Shown here one piece after another: positions 45,432 through 55,670 of a stretch of DNA of 64,000 bases. The stretch's first letter is position 1; each line of letters opens with the position of its first letter. Source of the stretch: Bacillota bacterium (lineage in GTDB: Bacteria > Bacillota > Dethiobacteria > DTU022); contig JAABTH010000009.1 of assembly GCA_011389985.1 (NCBI GenBank), positions 32,837-96,836 of the forward strand, written 5' to 3'. The notes beneath the pieces were generated by a model. It did not search any database. It was not told the DNA's origin and worked only from the letters and a program-made list of their open reading frames with translations. The position numbers were made by a program, and so were the translations under genes.

Positions 45432-48212
45432 ATGGACTACAGAGATACACTTAATCTGCCTCAAACAGGGTTTCCAATGCGCGCAAACCTGCCGAACCGG
45501 GAGCCGGAAATGCTTGATTTCTGGGCTGAACTCGATATTAATAAAAAGGCGCTTGAAAACCGTCTTGAAGCTCCTCTTTATATTCTTCATGATGGACCGC
45601 CTTATGCAAATGGCGATATTCACATGGGAACAGCTTTAAACAAGGTTTTAAAAGATATCATAAACAAATATAAAACGATGAAGGGCTTTAAATGTCCCTA
45701 CGTTCCCGGCTGGGACACTCACGGTCTGCCGATTGAACATCAAATCATCAAAACAAAGAAGGTTAACCGCAAAGAGATATCCGATCTTCAATTTCGGCAA
45801 ATGTGCCACGAATATGCTTTGCAGTATGTTGATATTCAAAGAAACCAGTTTAAGCGGCTTGGTGTGCGCGGTGATTGGGATAACCCCTATCTCACCCTTG
45901 TCCCTGAATTTGAGGGACGACAGATTAAAGTTTTCGGTAAAATGGCTGAAAAAGGTTATATTTACAAGGGCATGCGCCCAGTGTACTGGTGCGCAAACTG
46001 TGAAACTGCCCTGGCCGAAGCAGAGATTGAATATGGAAATAAAGTTTCCGAATCAATATATGTTAAATTTCCTCTGGCAGATGATAAAGGGATCTTAGGC
46101 GGGGTGGAGAATACCTACTGTCTCATTTGGACAACAACGGCCTGGACCATCCCAGCCAACCTGGCTATAGCCGTACATGCTGATTTTGACTATGTCCTTG
46201 TTGATGCCGGCACCGAAAAATACCTGCTGGCTGAAGAGCTGGTTGAAGAAGTTTCCAAAGCAGCCGGTGCTGAAAAACCCTGGACAGTGCTCAAACATTT
46301 CAAGGGCAGTGACCTCGTTGGAATACGCTGCCGTCATCCACTCTACGATCGAGATTCGGTTTTGCTGATCGGTGATCATGTTACTCTTGAGCAGGGCACA
46401 GGCTGCGTGCACATTGCGCCCGGTCATGGTCATGAAGACTTTGAAATCGGCCGGGAAAATGGCCTGCCTGTTTTAAGTCCCCTTGACGACAGGGGCTATT
46501 ACACCGAAGAAGCCGGTCAGTATGCTGGCATGCGCTATGACGAAGGCGGCAAGGCTGTTATAAATGATCTTCGTGAAGAAGGAGCACTGCTTAAGTCAGC
46601 CAAATTTGAACATCAGTACCCAAATTGCTGGCGCTGCAAACAGCCCGTTCTTTACCGGGCAACAGAGCAGTGGTTTGCTTCAATTGACGGTTTCCGCAGG
46701 GAAGCGCTCGAAGCGATTAAAAAAGTTCACTGGACCCCGTCATGGGGAGAAGAGCGTATTTCAAACATGATTGCCGAACGCCAGGATTGGTGCATTTCAC
46801 GGCAGAGAGTATGGGGCGTTCCCATTCCCATCTTCTATTGTGATCAGTGCAATGAGCCAATTATAAATGAAGAGACCATTAATATCGTAAGCGATCTTTT
46901 TACCCGTGAAGGTTCCGATGCCTGGTATGCCTACGAGGCTTCAGAAATCTTACCCGAAAGCTATACCTGCCCATCCTGCGGAAACGGTGAGTTTCGCAAG
47001 GAGAAAGATACAATGGATGTCTGGTTCGATTCCGGTTCCAGTCATGCTGCCGTGCTTGAAACACGTCCTGAACTGCGTTGGCCGGCTGATCTTTATTTGG
47101 AAGGCAGCGATCAATACCGTGGTTGGTTCCACTCTTCTCTTTTAACAGCCGTAGCTACCAAAGGAGAACCGCCTTATAAGGCGGTCCTTAGTCATGGCTG
47201 GGTCGTTGACGGCGAAGGTAAGAAGATGTCTAAATCGTTGGGCAACGTTATTGCTCCGGAAAAAATAATCAAGCAGTATGGCGCCGATATCCTCAGATTG
47301 TGGGTCTCTTCGGCCGATTTCACCAGTGACATCCATCTGTCGCAGGATATTCTGAGCCAACTGATCGAAGTTTACCGCAAAATCCGTAACACGATCCGGT
47401 TCATGCTCGGCAGCTGTTCAGATTTTGATCCGGACACCCAGTCTGTAGAATATAGTTCCATGGAAGAACTCGATCGCTGGGCGCTTTACCGTCTGAACCT
47501 TTTGGGTGACAGGGTGACCAGGGCTTATGAAAAATATGAATATCACCAGTTTTTCCATGCCTTGCACAATTTCTGTGTGGTTGATATGAGCAACCTTTAC
47601 CTGGACATCATCAAAGACAGGCTTTATTGCTCACTACCCGGTGATCAAGCTCGCAGATCTGCTCAGACCGCTTTAACGATCATCATGGAACATCTGGTTC
47701 TGCTGATGGCGCCCATCCTCACCTTTACAGCAGATGAGATCTGGCAGCATCTGCCCGGCAGACATAAAGAAAGTGTTCAGCTTGCCGACTGGCCTGAGCA
47801 GGTACCGGCCTGGGACAACGCTGAACTGAGTAAACAATGGAAAGTGCTGCTGGAAGCCAGGGAAGAAGTAACCTGGGTTCTGGAGCAGGCTCGCAAGGAT
47901 AAAGTTATCGGCGGTTCACTTGAAGCTGCAGTGACCGTTTGGGCTGATGGTGAGGCTTACGATCTGCTGAAAGACTACAGTGAAATGCTGCCAACCCTGT
48001 TCATAGTTTCTACTGCCCGGGTTGTTCAAGGCCGGGCAAATGCGCCTGCCGCTGCCCTGCAGGGGCAGCGCTGGCCTGTTACTATTCTCGTTGAGAAATC
48101 AGCGGGTCACAAGTGCCCCCGCTGCTGGATCTTTACCGATTCAGATGATGAACTCTGCCCCCGCTGCAGCGCAGTTGTTACCGCTCTTGATAGCGAAGAG
48201 TCAGACATCTAA
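45432..48212 (+). CDS. ileS: Isoleucine--tRNA ligase, type 1
   Basis: HDGPPYANG, GWDTHGLPIE, WCISRQR, KMSKS, C-terminal Zn finger CPRCW..CPRC; ATG 45432 after AGGAG. Confidence 0.98.
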   Translation: MDYRDTLNLPQTGFPMRANLPNREPEMLDFWAELDINKKALENRLEAPLYILHDGPPYANGDIHMGTALNKVLKDIINKYKTMKGFKCPYVPGWDTHGLPIEHQIIKTKKVNRKEISDLQFRQMCHEYALQYVDIQRNQFKRLGVRGDWDNPYLTLVPEFEGRQIKVFGKMAEKGYIYKGMRPVYWCANCETALAEAEIEYGNKVSESIYVKFPLADDKGILGGVENTYCLIWTTTAWTIPANLAIAVHADFDYVLVDAGTEKYLLAEELVEEVSKAAGAEKPWTVLKHFKGSDLVGIRCRHPLYDRDSVLLIGDHVTLEQGTGCVHIAPGHGHEDFEIGRENGLPVLSPLDDRGYYTEEAGQYAGMRYDEGGKAVINDLREEGALLKSAKFEHQYPNCWRCKQPVLYRATEQWFASIDGFRREALEAIKKVHWTPSWGEERISNMIAERQDWCISRQRVWGVPIPIFYCDQCNEPIINEETINIVSDLFTREGSDAWYAYEASEILPESYTCPSCGNGEFRKEKDTMDVWFDSGSSHAAVLETRPELRWPADLYLEGSDQYRGWFHSSLLTAVATKGEPPYKAVLSHGWVVDGEGKKMSKSLGNVIAPEKIIKQYGADILRLWVSSADFTSDIHLSQDILSQLIEVYRKIRNTIRFMLGSCSDFDPDTQSVEYSSMEELDRWALYRLNLLGDRVTRAYEKYEYHQFFHALHNFCVVDMSNLYLDIIKDRLYCSLPGDQARRSAQTALTIIMEHLVLLMAPILTFTADEIWQHLPGRHKESVQLADWPEQVPAWDNAELSKQWKVLLEAREEVTWVLEQARKDKVIGGSLEAAVTVWADGEAYDLLKDYSEMLPTLFIVSTARVVQGRANAPAAALQGQRWPVTILVEKSAGHKCPRCWIFTDSDDELCPRCSAVVTALDSEESDI

Positions 48213-48218
48213 AACTAC

Positions 48219-48253
48219 TTGGACAGGGGAAAGATGTCTCGCCTCCTGTCCAA
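48219..48253. terminator. Hairpin between convergent ileS and rluD
   Basis: TTGGACAGG...CCTGTCCAA inverted repeat filling the 45-bp gap. Confidence 0.65.
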
Positions 48254-48257
48254 ACAG

Positions 48258-49214
48258 TTATTTTTCAATATTTTTTTTAAGCCAGTGTAGTGTATTTATG
48301 AAAACAGGGGGAAGAGGAGCCGTGAACTCCATATTATTGCCGGTTCGCGGATGAATAAAAGATATTCTTTGGGCATGCAGAGCCTGAGGTTTTGTATACT
48401 GATCTGGCAAATCACCATAACTGCCCGGCCCGTAGGTAGGATCACCAACTACAGGAAAGCCCAGGCTAGCCATGTGTACTCTAATCTGGTGAGTGCGTCC
48501 TGTTTCAAGCTTTATTCTTACCAGGCTGTAATGGCCATAATACCTGATTACCCGGTAGCGGGTGACTGCTTCTCTTCCCCCGCTCAACACTGCCATTTTT
48601 TTTCTGTGCCTGGGGTGCCGGCCAATCGGGGCTTCAATTTTTCCCTTTACCGGTTTAACCCTGCCGCAAAGAAGGGCCAGATATTCCCGGTGAAGAGACC
48701 TCTCTTTAAGTTGAGCTGACAGAGAATTGTGTGCGGCATCGTTTTTTGCGGCTATCAGCAAGCCTGATGTATCTTTATCCAGGCGGTGAACTATTCCCGG
48801 CCTGATCACACCGCCGATACCTGATAAGTCATCGCAGTGGCTGAGCAGCGCGTTAACAAGGGTCCCGCCGGAATGGCCGGGTGCCGGGTGAACCACCATC
48901 CCGCGTTCCTTATTGATAACCAACAGATCTTTATCTTCATAAATGATGTGAAGCTTTATATCTTCAGGTAGCGCTACCGCTTCTACCGGAAAGGGCAGAA
49001 CGAAACTAATCCTGTCACCGGCCTGCAGCCTGTAATTTTTATCCCGGCAGGTATCATCGTTTACCTTAACCAGTTCTTCTTCGATCAGTTTTTGGGCTCG
49101 GCTGCGCGAAAGTTCATCTACGTTATCAGCCAAAAAAAGATCAATCCTCTTGCCTGCCCACCGGTTATCGGCAGAAAGGCTTTGCACTACAGGAGACATA
49201 TCTTCAGGCTTCAT
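48258..49214 (-). CDS. rluD: RluA/RluD-family pseudouridine synthase
   Basis: S4 domain, RPGIVHRLDKDTSG, TGRTHQIRVH, QALHA. Confidence 0.95.
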   Translation of the reverse strand: MKPEDMSPVVQSLSADNRWAGKRIDLFLADNVDELSRSRAQKLIEEELVKVNDDTCRDKNYRLQAGDRISFVLPFPVEAVALPEDIKLHIIYEDKDLLVINKERGMVVHPAPGHSGGTLVNALLSHCDDLSGIGGVIRPGIVHRLDKDTSGLLIAAKNDAAHNSLSAQLKERSLHREYLALLCGRVKPVKGKIEAPIGRHPRHRKKMAVLSGGREAVTRYRVIRYYGHYSLVRIKLETGRTHQIRVHMASLGFPVVGDPTYGPGSYGDLPDQYTKPQALHAQRISFIHPRTGNNMEFTAPLPPVFINTLHWLKKNIEK

Positions 49215-50017
49215 CTTTTTCTGCGCCTTTTCCCCGGTCTGCCTGTTTTGGCTGCCTCTGGAGTATGAATTTTTTCACTGTCGGGTAAATTATAAAAATA
49301 AATTGAAATAACGACCAGGGAAATAAAAACAAGGCTGAGGCTGAAGAGTTGGGCGGTTGTCAGACCGAGCCAAACAGCGTGGCCAAAGCGGAAAAATTCT
49401 ACAATAAAGCGCAGGGTTCCGTAAAGAGCAAATAAGGCTATCAGCAGAAACCCTACAAATGGTCTGTGCGTCCTGGTGACTTTCAGAATGAAGAATATAA
49501 TAATGGCGCCAATTGCAGCGTAAAGCTGAACAGGATGTCGAAGCACAGGATCACCTAAATGGATCGGTAATGCCCAGGGCACCGTCGCTTCTTTTCCGTA
49601 GCAGCAGCCGTTCAGGAAACAGCCAACCCTTCCGAAAGCATAACCAAGGGCAAGATAGGGAGCAAAGAGATCAGCTAGTTTTAAAAAACCGATATTTCTT
49701 TTCAGGCTCCAGAGATACAGGGCGATAACTCCACCGAAAAGTGCACCGTAAAATGTTAAACCTTCAAATTGCGTAAAGAAAGACAAAAAAGGGCGTCCGC
49801 TGTAATATTGCCAGTTGAGGATAATGTAGAGAATACGGGAGCCGAGCAGCCCAAAAAAAGCTGCGACTACAATAGCTTCAAGGACGTGGTCTGGATTAAT
49901 CTTCTCACGGGGCGCTTCACGGTAAAGCATAATTGATGAAACCAATATTGCCAGGGAAATCATCAGACCGTAAGAATGTACTGTCAGGTTGCCAATACGC
50001 AGCAGTTCCGGGTACAT
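49211..50017 (-). CDS. lgt: Prolipoprotein diacylglyceryl transferase
   Basis: SYG, GSRILY, FYGALFGG, GRVGCFLNGCCYG, HPVQLY, RFIVEFFR. Confidence 0.95.
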   Translation of the reverse strand: MYPELLRIGNLTVHSYGLMISLAILVSSIMLYREAPREKINPDHVLEAIVVAAFFGLLGSRILYIILNWQYYSGRPFLSFFTQFEGLTFYGALFGGVIALYLWSLKRNIGFLKLADLFAPYLALGYAFGRVGCFLNGCCYGKEATVPWALPIHLGDPVLRHPVQLYAAIGAIIIFFILKVTRTHRPFVGFLLIALFALYGTLRFIVEFFRFGHAVWLGLTTAQLFSLSLVFISLVVISIYFYNLPDSEKIHTPEAAKTGRPGKRRRKR

Positions 50018-50021
50018 AATA

Positions 50022-50480
50022 TCAATTCCTTTCGCTTCTAAGGCCGGGATCCTGCCAGAAGGCAATCAGAAAAATTCCAATGCCAATCACAAGTGCCGAA
50101 TCGGCAAGGTTAAAAACAGGCGGCCATATGGTAAAGTTTATGAAATCTATAACGTAGCCGTTTCGGGCAACCCTGTCGATCAGGTTGCCTGATGCTCCGC
50201 CCAACTGTAGGGCCAGGGCAATACGAAGCCACTTGTGATCATCAGTCAGCATGCGGTAATAATAAATAATAAAAAAGATAACTAGAGCGGTTATAACAAC
50301 AAAAAAAATCGTCTGGTAAGGCAGCATGCCAAAAGCTGCCCCGGGATTTTGAACATAGGTGATATAAAGGAAATTATTGATAATAACAATGGATTGGTTC
50401 ATCTCCATCATGGTGGTGATCAGGTACTTGGTAAATTGATCAACAGCGACAATTAAAATAGCAATAATAAATAAGCGCAA
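50022..50480 (-). CDS. lspA: Lipoprotein signal peptidase
   Basis: DQFTK, NPGAAFG, GASGNLIDR, VIDF, PVFNLADS; TTG after GGAGGT. Confidence 0.96.
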   Translation of the reverse strand: MRLFIIAILIVAVDQFTKYLITTMMEMNQSIVIINNFLYITYVQNPGAAFGMLPYQTIFFVVITALVIFFIIYYYRMLTDDHKWLRIALALQLGGASGNLIDRVARNGYVIDFINFTIWPPVFNLADSALVIGIGIFLIAFWQDPGLRSERN

Positions 50481-50554
50481 ATCACTACCTCCGATTTATT
50501 AATGATCCGGTGTAAGCTATTTTATCACAGAGTGGTGAAATTATCTTGATAAGT

Positions 50555-52291
50555 TTACCCCTGTAGTTTAAACCGACTAAGCTTTGTTTCATCACGTGGG
50601 TTTACCATTATTGTTTCGTAATTTTCATAAAAAACAAAGCCCGGTTTCCCCCCCGGCCTGCGTCGGACATGACGCACCTCGGTATAGTCTACGTCAACTA
50701 CACTGCTTTCCCGCCCCTTGCTAAAATATGCAGCCAGGAAGGCCGCTTCTTCACAATCTTCAGAGGGTGGTGGGTAAGGAGCTTCTTTAAGCACCACATG
50801 ACTGCCTGGTATCTGCCGCACATGAAACCAGGTATCGCGACGTACTGCTGCTTTGAAAGTTATATAATCGTTTTGACGGTTATTTCTGCCCACCAAAATA
50901 GTCCTGCCCGATGAGGCTTTAAAAATAAGAGGCTGGGGCAAAACGTTTTCCCTGCGTTTACCTTTTTTACGATCGCGCAGGTAGCCGGATTCGATCAGTT
51001 CCTGCCTGATTTCCTGAAGAGAATTTTCAGACCCGCTTTCAATTGTATAGAGCAGTCCCCGGCAGTATTCAATCTCTGCTGCAGTTTTAGCAAGCTGTTT
51101 TTTTACTTTATCGCGGCCGTTTTTAGCTTTACGGTAGCGGTTAAAATAATATTTGGCATTTGCTGCCGTATTTTTTGAAGGGTTCAGGGGAACAATAACT
51201 TTCTCGCCGGGGTTGTATAAGTCCGGCAGAGCTGCACTCTCGGCGCCTTTTTGAACCTGGTTGCCGTAAGTTAAAAGTATTTCTCCGTAAAGTCGGTATT
51301 GTGGGGCTTTTTCCGAGGCTTCCAGCTCTTTTTTCTGTTCCCTGCGTTTTCTTTCAAGTCCGATCAGGCGTCGTTCCACTGCACTTATCAATTGTTCACG
51401 AAGTAACTTTTCTCTTTCTGCACTGATAATAATGCTGTAAAAGCGGTCCAGCATTTCATTGGCCTTTTTAACCTCAACCTGTTCTTCAGCGGGCAGGTGA
51501 GTTAGCGGCATGGCTGCGTAAATCTTGCGTGAAGGCAGCATTACCGGCTGCAGGTCTCCGCTTTCAGCTGCATTGAAAAGTTTAACTACCTCTTCGTAAA
51601 GGCGTAAGTTGCTGACCTGAGCTTCGTTTTTAACCCAGCCCGCCCTGTAAAGCAGCTCGCGGGCGGTCAGGGGGCTAATGCCGTTTACAGCTTTGAATAA
51701 AGCCTGCTCAGGTTTTTCCCCTTCAGTAATTAACTTATTAAACTTTAAAGTAAATTGATCTAAACTTAAAATTTTAGGATCAAGTTTATTCTGTTGCGGG
51801 ACAGGTTGGTATTTTTCTCCGGGCAGAATAGCCCGAACAGGATTTTTTTCCCATGAAACCGTCCTTGCTGCACCCAGAATAATATTATTTTCATCAACAA
51901 GGATCAAATTACTGCGCCTGCTCATTATTTCAGCGATCAATTTTACCGGCGGCAGCCCCTCGGGCGGATCGAAATTAATCTCCAGGATTCTTTCCAGGGG
52001 CGGATTGCTGAAAGATACAGCCCGGCCACCGGTAAGGTATTTTCTGAGCAGCATGCAGAAAGGAGAGGGTGGTGAACTGTTCGGACTTTTTTTCAGTTTT
52101 TTTTCAGTACGGTGAACACGGGCATACTTTGATTCAATCGAAAAAAGCAGGTTATGCTGTCTGCCCTGCCAGTAAAAATCAATTACAATCTCACTATGCC
52201 CGGGTTCTGATATCCTTTGTGCAGCAGCGCCGGCCAGCTCAGTCTCCAGCTCTGTTGTAATTTTCTTCATAATTAAAGTATCGAATGACAT
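50555..52291 (-). CDS. rqcH: Ribosome quality control protein RqcH (FbpA/NFACT)
   Basis: MSFD start, SPFCMLLRKYL, AEIM, GRNNRQND, WFHVRQIPGSHV, VDYT. Confidence 0.94.
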   Translation of the reverse strand: MSFDTLIMKKITTELETELAGAAAQRISEPGHSEIVIDFYWQGRQHNLLFSIESKYARVHRTEKKLKKSPNSSPPSPFCMLLRKYLTGGRAVSFSNPPLERILEINFDPPEGLPPVKLIAEIMSRRSNLILVDENNIILGAARTVSWEKNPVRAILPGEKYQPVPQQNKLDPKILSLDQFTLKFNKLITEGEKPEQALFKAVNGISPLTARELLYRAGWVKNEAQVSNLRLYEEVVKLFNAAESGDLQPVMLPSRKIYAAMPLTHLPAEEQVEVKKANEMLDRFYSIIISAEREKLLREQLISAVERRLIGLERKRREQKKELEASEKAPQYRLYGEILLTYGNQVQKGAESAALPDLYNPGEKVIVPLNPSKNTAANAKYYFNRYRKAKNGRDKVKKQLAKTAAEIEYCRGLLYTIESGSENSLQEIRQELIESGYLRDRKKGKRRENVLPQPLIFKASSGRTILVGRNNRQNDYITFKAAVRRDTWFHVRQIPGSHVVLKEAPYPPPSEDCEEAAFLAAYFSKGRESSVVDVDYTEVRHVRRRPGGKPGFVFYENYETIMVNPRDETKLSRFKLQG

Positions 52292-52388
52292 TAAAACAAA
52301 ACCTCCGTGATCTTTCTTCCGCAATTCAGTATAATTGCTACAAAGCAAGTTGGCAACCTGAGCAAACACAATAGAGTATAATTGTTTC

Positions 52389-52417
52389 TTGAGATTAAAT
52401 GGGTTTGATGTTAATAT
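52389..52417 (+). promoter_or_regulatory. sigma-A promoter for the yicC-remA-gmk operon
   Basis: TTGAGA-17 bp-TAATAT with TGn extension. Confidence 0.6.
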
Positions 52418-52452
52418 TAACGCAGTACACTAACTAAAAAAGGAATAATAAT

Positions 52453-53328
52453 ATGATTAAAAGTATGACCGGTTATGGTCGTGGCAGCAGTTCTCAGGAT
52501 GGTTTCACATTTTCAGCAGAATTACGTTCAGTTAATCATCGTTATGCTGATTTTTCAATCCGTTTGCCGCGTGAACTCTATTCACTTGAAGATCGTGTGC
52601 GCCGCCTTTTGCAAGATCAGATCAACAGGGGCCGTGTTGAGGTTAACCTGGTTTTAGATGATCTTCCGGCAGGCCTGCGCCAGGTTAAAGTAAATTACGA
52701 CCTGGCTGAAGATTATTACTTGTCGCTGCAGAAACTCGCCACGAGACTAAAACTCACCGAAGAAATTAAGTTGAAGCATATTCTTCAGATGCCTGAGTTA
52801 TTTAAGCCCGCTGGTATTACTTTGACTGAAGATGAAGTCTGGCCCGCTGCCGGCGGCGCTCTTCAGGAAGCGCTGGAACATTTGCTTGAACAACGTCGGA
52901 TCGAAGGTGAAAATCTCTGCCGGGATTTAACTGAGCGTTGCGGTAACCTTGACGAACTGATTATGACAGCTGCGGTAAGGGCCGAAGAAGCCAAGGATGA
53001 TTGCCGGAAAAGAATGGAACAAAAGTTTTCAGAACTCCTGGCCGGTCAGTTTGAAGAGACAAGGTTACTAATGGAGTCTGCCATATTAGTAGATCGTATG
53101 GGCGTTGATGAAGAACTGGTCCGCCTGAAAAGCCATTTAGAAGCATTTAACAAAAACTTAAGTGGCAGCGATCCCGCCGGGCGTAAACTCGATTTTATCG
53201 CCCAGGAAATGTTCAGGGAAGTTAACACGATCGGTTCAAAGGCAGGAGACTATCGTTTAACCAATATTGTGGTTGACATGAAGGCTGAACTTGAGAAAAT
53301 TCGCGAACAGATCCAGAACCTGGAGTAA
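52453..53328 (+). CDS. yicC: YicC/YloC family endoribonuclease
   Basis: [48 protein letters not shown]. Confidence 0.95.
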   Translation: MIKSMTGYGRGSSSQDGFTFSAELRSVNHRYADFSIRLPRELYSLEDRVRRLLQDQINRGRVEVNLVLDDLPAGLRQVKVNYDLAEDYYLSLQKLATRLKLTEEIKLKHILQMPELFKPAGITLTEDEVWPAAGGALQEALEHLLEQRRIEGENLCRDLTERCGNLDELIMTAAVRAEEAKDDCRKRMEQKFSELLAGQFEETRLLMESAILVDRMGVDEELVRLKSHLEAFNKNLSGSDPAGRKLDFIAQEMFREVNTIGSKAGDYRLTNIVVDMKAELEKIREQIQNLE

Positions 53329-53345
53329 GAGAAAGGGGATTTACC

Positions 53346-53618
53346 ATGAATGCAAAACTTATTAATATCGGATTCGGTAATATCGTATCGGCCAGCCGGA
53401 TTATCGCTATTGTCAGTCCTGAATCAGCACCGATAAAGAGGGTAATAAGTGAAGCCCGTGATCGCGCCATGCTTATTGATGCTACCTACGGGCGCCGTAC
53501 CAGGGCAGTAATTTTTGCAGACAGCGGTCATATAATTCTTTCGGCAGTACAACCTGAAACAGTTAAACACCGACTTCAGGCATGTGATCCAGTAACAGAA
53601 AACGAGAACCACGAATGA
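53346..53618 (+). CDS. remA: RemA/DUF370 regulator
   Basis: [36 protein letters not shown]. Confidence 0.93.
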   Translation: MNAKLINIGFGNIVSASRIIAIVSPESAPIKRVISEARDRAMLIDATYGRRTRAVIFADSGHIILSAVQPETVKHRLQACDPVTENENHE

Positions 53619-53636
53619 TAAAATGGGAGGTTGTTC

Positions 53637-54245
53637 ATGGCTGAAGGAATTCTATTAATTATTTCAGGGCCCTCAGGTGTTGGAAAGGGGACTGTTTGCC
53701 GTCGTCTGATCGAAGTCAGAAGTAATCTAAAGCTTTCAGTTTCCACGACAACACGACCACCCCGATCCGGTGAGAAAGAAGACCGGGATTACAACTTTAC
53801 TGATTTGGACCGCTTTAAAGAAATGATCAAAGAAGGCTCCTTCCTTGAGTGGGCTAAAGTACACAGCCATTATTACGGAACCCGTGTCGCAGCAGTTCGT
53901 CAGATATTAAGCAGGGGTGAAGATTTAATCCTTGAAATCGATGTGCAGGGTGCCGCTCAGATTCGCAGAAATACCCCCGGTGCAGTGTCAATATTTCTTG
54001 CTCCGCCATCACTCGAGGCGCTTGAAGAGCGCATTAAAGGGCGTGGAACAGAAGACACTCTTCGTATCAGACAGCGTCTTATTGCTGCCCGTGAGGAGAT
54101 GCAGGCATACAACCTTTACGACTATGTGGTTGTTAATGATACAGTTGAACAGGCGGCCGGTCTGATCGGCGCTATACTAGATGCCGAAAAATGCCGTGTA
54201 AGCCGTGGAGCCCGCCCACCGGGCTGGGGAGGTGAAAGATTATGA
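53637..54245 (+). CDS. gmk: Guanylate kinase
   Basis: SGPSGVGKGT, TTRPPR, YYGT, LEIDVQG, YDYVVVND. Confidence 0.97.
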   Translation: MAEGILLIISGPSGVGKGTVCRRLIEVRSNLKLSVSTTTRPPRSGEKEDRDYNFTDLDRFKEMIKEGSFLEWAKVHSHYYGTRVAAVRQILSRGEDLILEIDVQGAAQIRRNTPGAVSIFLAPPSLEALEERIKGRGTEDTLRIRQRLIAAREEMQAYNLYDYVVVNDTVEQAAGLIGAILDAEKCRVSRGARPPGWGGERL

Positions 54246-54448
54246 TTTACCCATCAATCGACGTTCTTCTGGAAAAAGTTGATAGCAAGTATACTTTAGT
54301 AATTGCAGCTGCAAAAAGAGGACGGCAGCTGCGCAGCGGCAGTAAAAAAACTATCGACCAAAATTACAGTAAAGAGGTGACAACTGCTCTTTACGAAATT
54401 GAAAATGGTAATGTAGTGTACGAACGTATTCGTGACGGAATCAAATAG
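54242..54448 (+). CDS. rpoZ: RNA polymerase omega subunit
   Basis: MIYPSID, SKYTLV..AAKRGRQL, ALYEI. Confidence 0.94.
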   Translation: MIYPSIDVLLEKVDSKYTLVIAAAKRGRQLRSGSKKTIDQNYSKEVTTALYEIENGNVVYERIRDGIK

Positions 54449-54459
54449 GAGAGTTAACT

Positions 54460-55641
54460 ATGAAGAAAGTTATCCTGGGAGTTACCGGGGGCATCGCTGC
54501 CTATAAAGCGGCCGAGTTGGCCAGGATCTTTATTCGCAGCGGCTCAAATGTTCAGGTAGTTATGACAGAGGCGGCGACTGAGTTTATCGCCCCGCTAACC
54601 TTTCAAACTCTGACCACAAGGCCTGTTTATATCAAAATGTATGCTGAGCGCAGCGATGCAGAAATCCGTCACATAGATCTTGTTGCGGATGCAGATCTGC
54701 TGGTAATCGCTCCTGCAACAGCCAATACTATCGCCAAAATGGCTTGCGGCCTGGCCGATAATCTATTAACAACACTCTATCTTGCCGCTACCTGCCCGGT
54801 GGTAGTCGTCCCCTCGATGAATGTTAATATGTTTGAAAACCGCGCTGTCCAGGACAATCTGGAAAAACTTGAGGAGCGGGGTTGTCACATCATGGATCCC
54901 GATTCAGGAGAACTTGCCTGTGGAGTATACGGTAGAGGCCGTATGCCCGAGCCTTCTGACATATATGCCTATTGCCGATCAGTTTTTCTACCCGATGATT
55001 TTAAGGGTATCAAATCAATCGTTACCGCCGGACCCACCCGGGAGCCGCTTGACCCTGTCCGCTTTTTAAGCAATCCTTCAACAGGTCTAATGGGTTATGC
55101 CCTGGCAAGAGCTTTAAGTGAACGCGGCGCTGATGTTATCCTGATTAGCGGGCCAACCCATTTAAACCCTCCGGCAGGTGTGAAAATTATTAATGTGACA
55201 ACAGCTGAAGAAATGTATGAATCAGTTGTCAGTAATTATTCTAGAGCAAACCTTGTTATAAAGGCGGCTGCTGTATCCGACTTTCGTCCCCTTGAACCTG
55301 TGGATCATAAAGTGAAAAAAAATGAAGCCGGCCTCTTGCTTAAACTTACTCATAACCGCGATATTTTGGATGAACTTGGTCGGAGCAAAAACAATAAAAT
55401 CCTGGTCGGTTTTGCAGCCGAAACCGGGGATACCCTTAAGAATGCCCATAAAAAGCTCTTGAATAAAAATCTTGATTTAATGGTAGCAAACGACATAAGC
55501 GATCCCGGAGCAGGTTTTGCGGTAAAAACAAACCGGGTATCGATAATTAGCCGCGATGGTGAAGTTGAACAGCTTCCGCTGATGGATAAAGAAGAGCTTG
55601 CCCATGAAATTCTAAATCGGATTGTAAAACTCTTGCAATAA
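54460..55641 (+). CDS. coaBC: Bifunctional PPC decarboxylase / PPC synthetase
   Basis: GVTGGIAAYKA, APATAN, TAGPTREPLDPVRFLSN, GFAAET. Confidence 0.97.
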   Translation: MKKVILGVTGGIAAYKAAELARIFIRSGSNVQVVMTEAATEFIAPLTFQTLTTRPVYIKMYAERSDAEIRHIDLVADADLLVIAPATANTIAKMACGLADNLLTTLYLAATCPVVVVPSMNVNMFENRAVQDNLEKLEERGCHIMDPDSGELACGVYGRGRMPEPSDIYAYCRSVFLPDDFKGIKSIVTAGPTREPLDPVRFLSNPSTGLMGYALARALSERGADVILISGPTHLNPPAGVKIINVTTAEEMYESVVSNYSRANLVIKAAAVSDFRPLEPVDHKVKKNEAGLLLKLTHNRDILDELGRSKNNKILVGFAAETGDTLKNAHKKLLNKNLDLMVANDISDPGAGFAVKTNRVSIISRDGEVEQLPLMDKEELAHEILNRIVKLLQ

Positions 55642-55670
55642 TATTTTTTGAAAAATCTCGGTGATTATCT

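Noticed and set aside
45195-45623. 142-aa minus-strand ORF over the T-box and the ileS start
   Set aside because: The region is fully explained by the riboswitch and ileS; no family resemblance
45372-48250. Shared words (AGATG, TCTCGCC) between the T-box terminator and the ileS/rluD hairpin
   Set aside because: Matches are 7 bp or shorter and the stems differ; not enough for a repeat family
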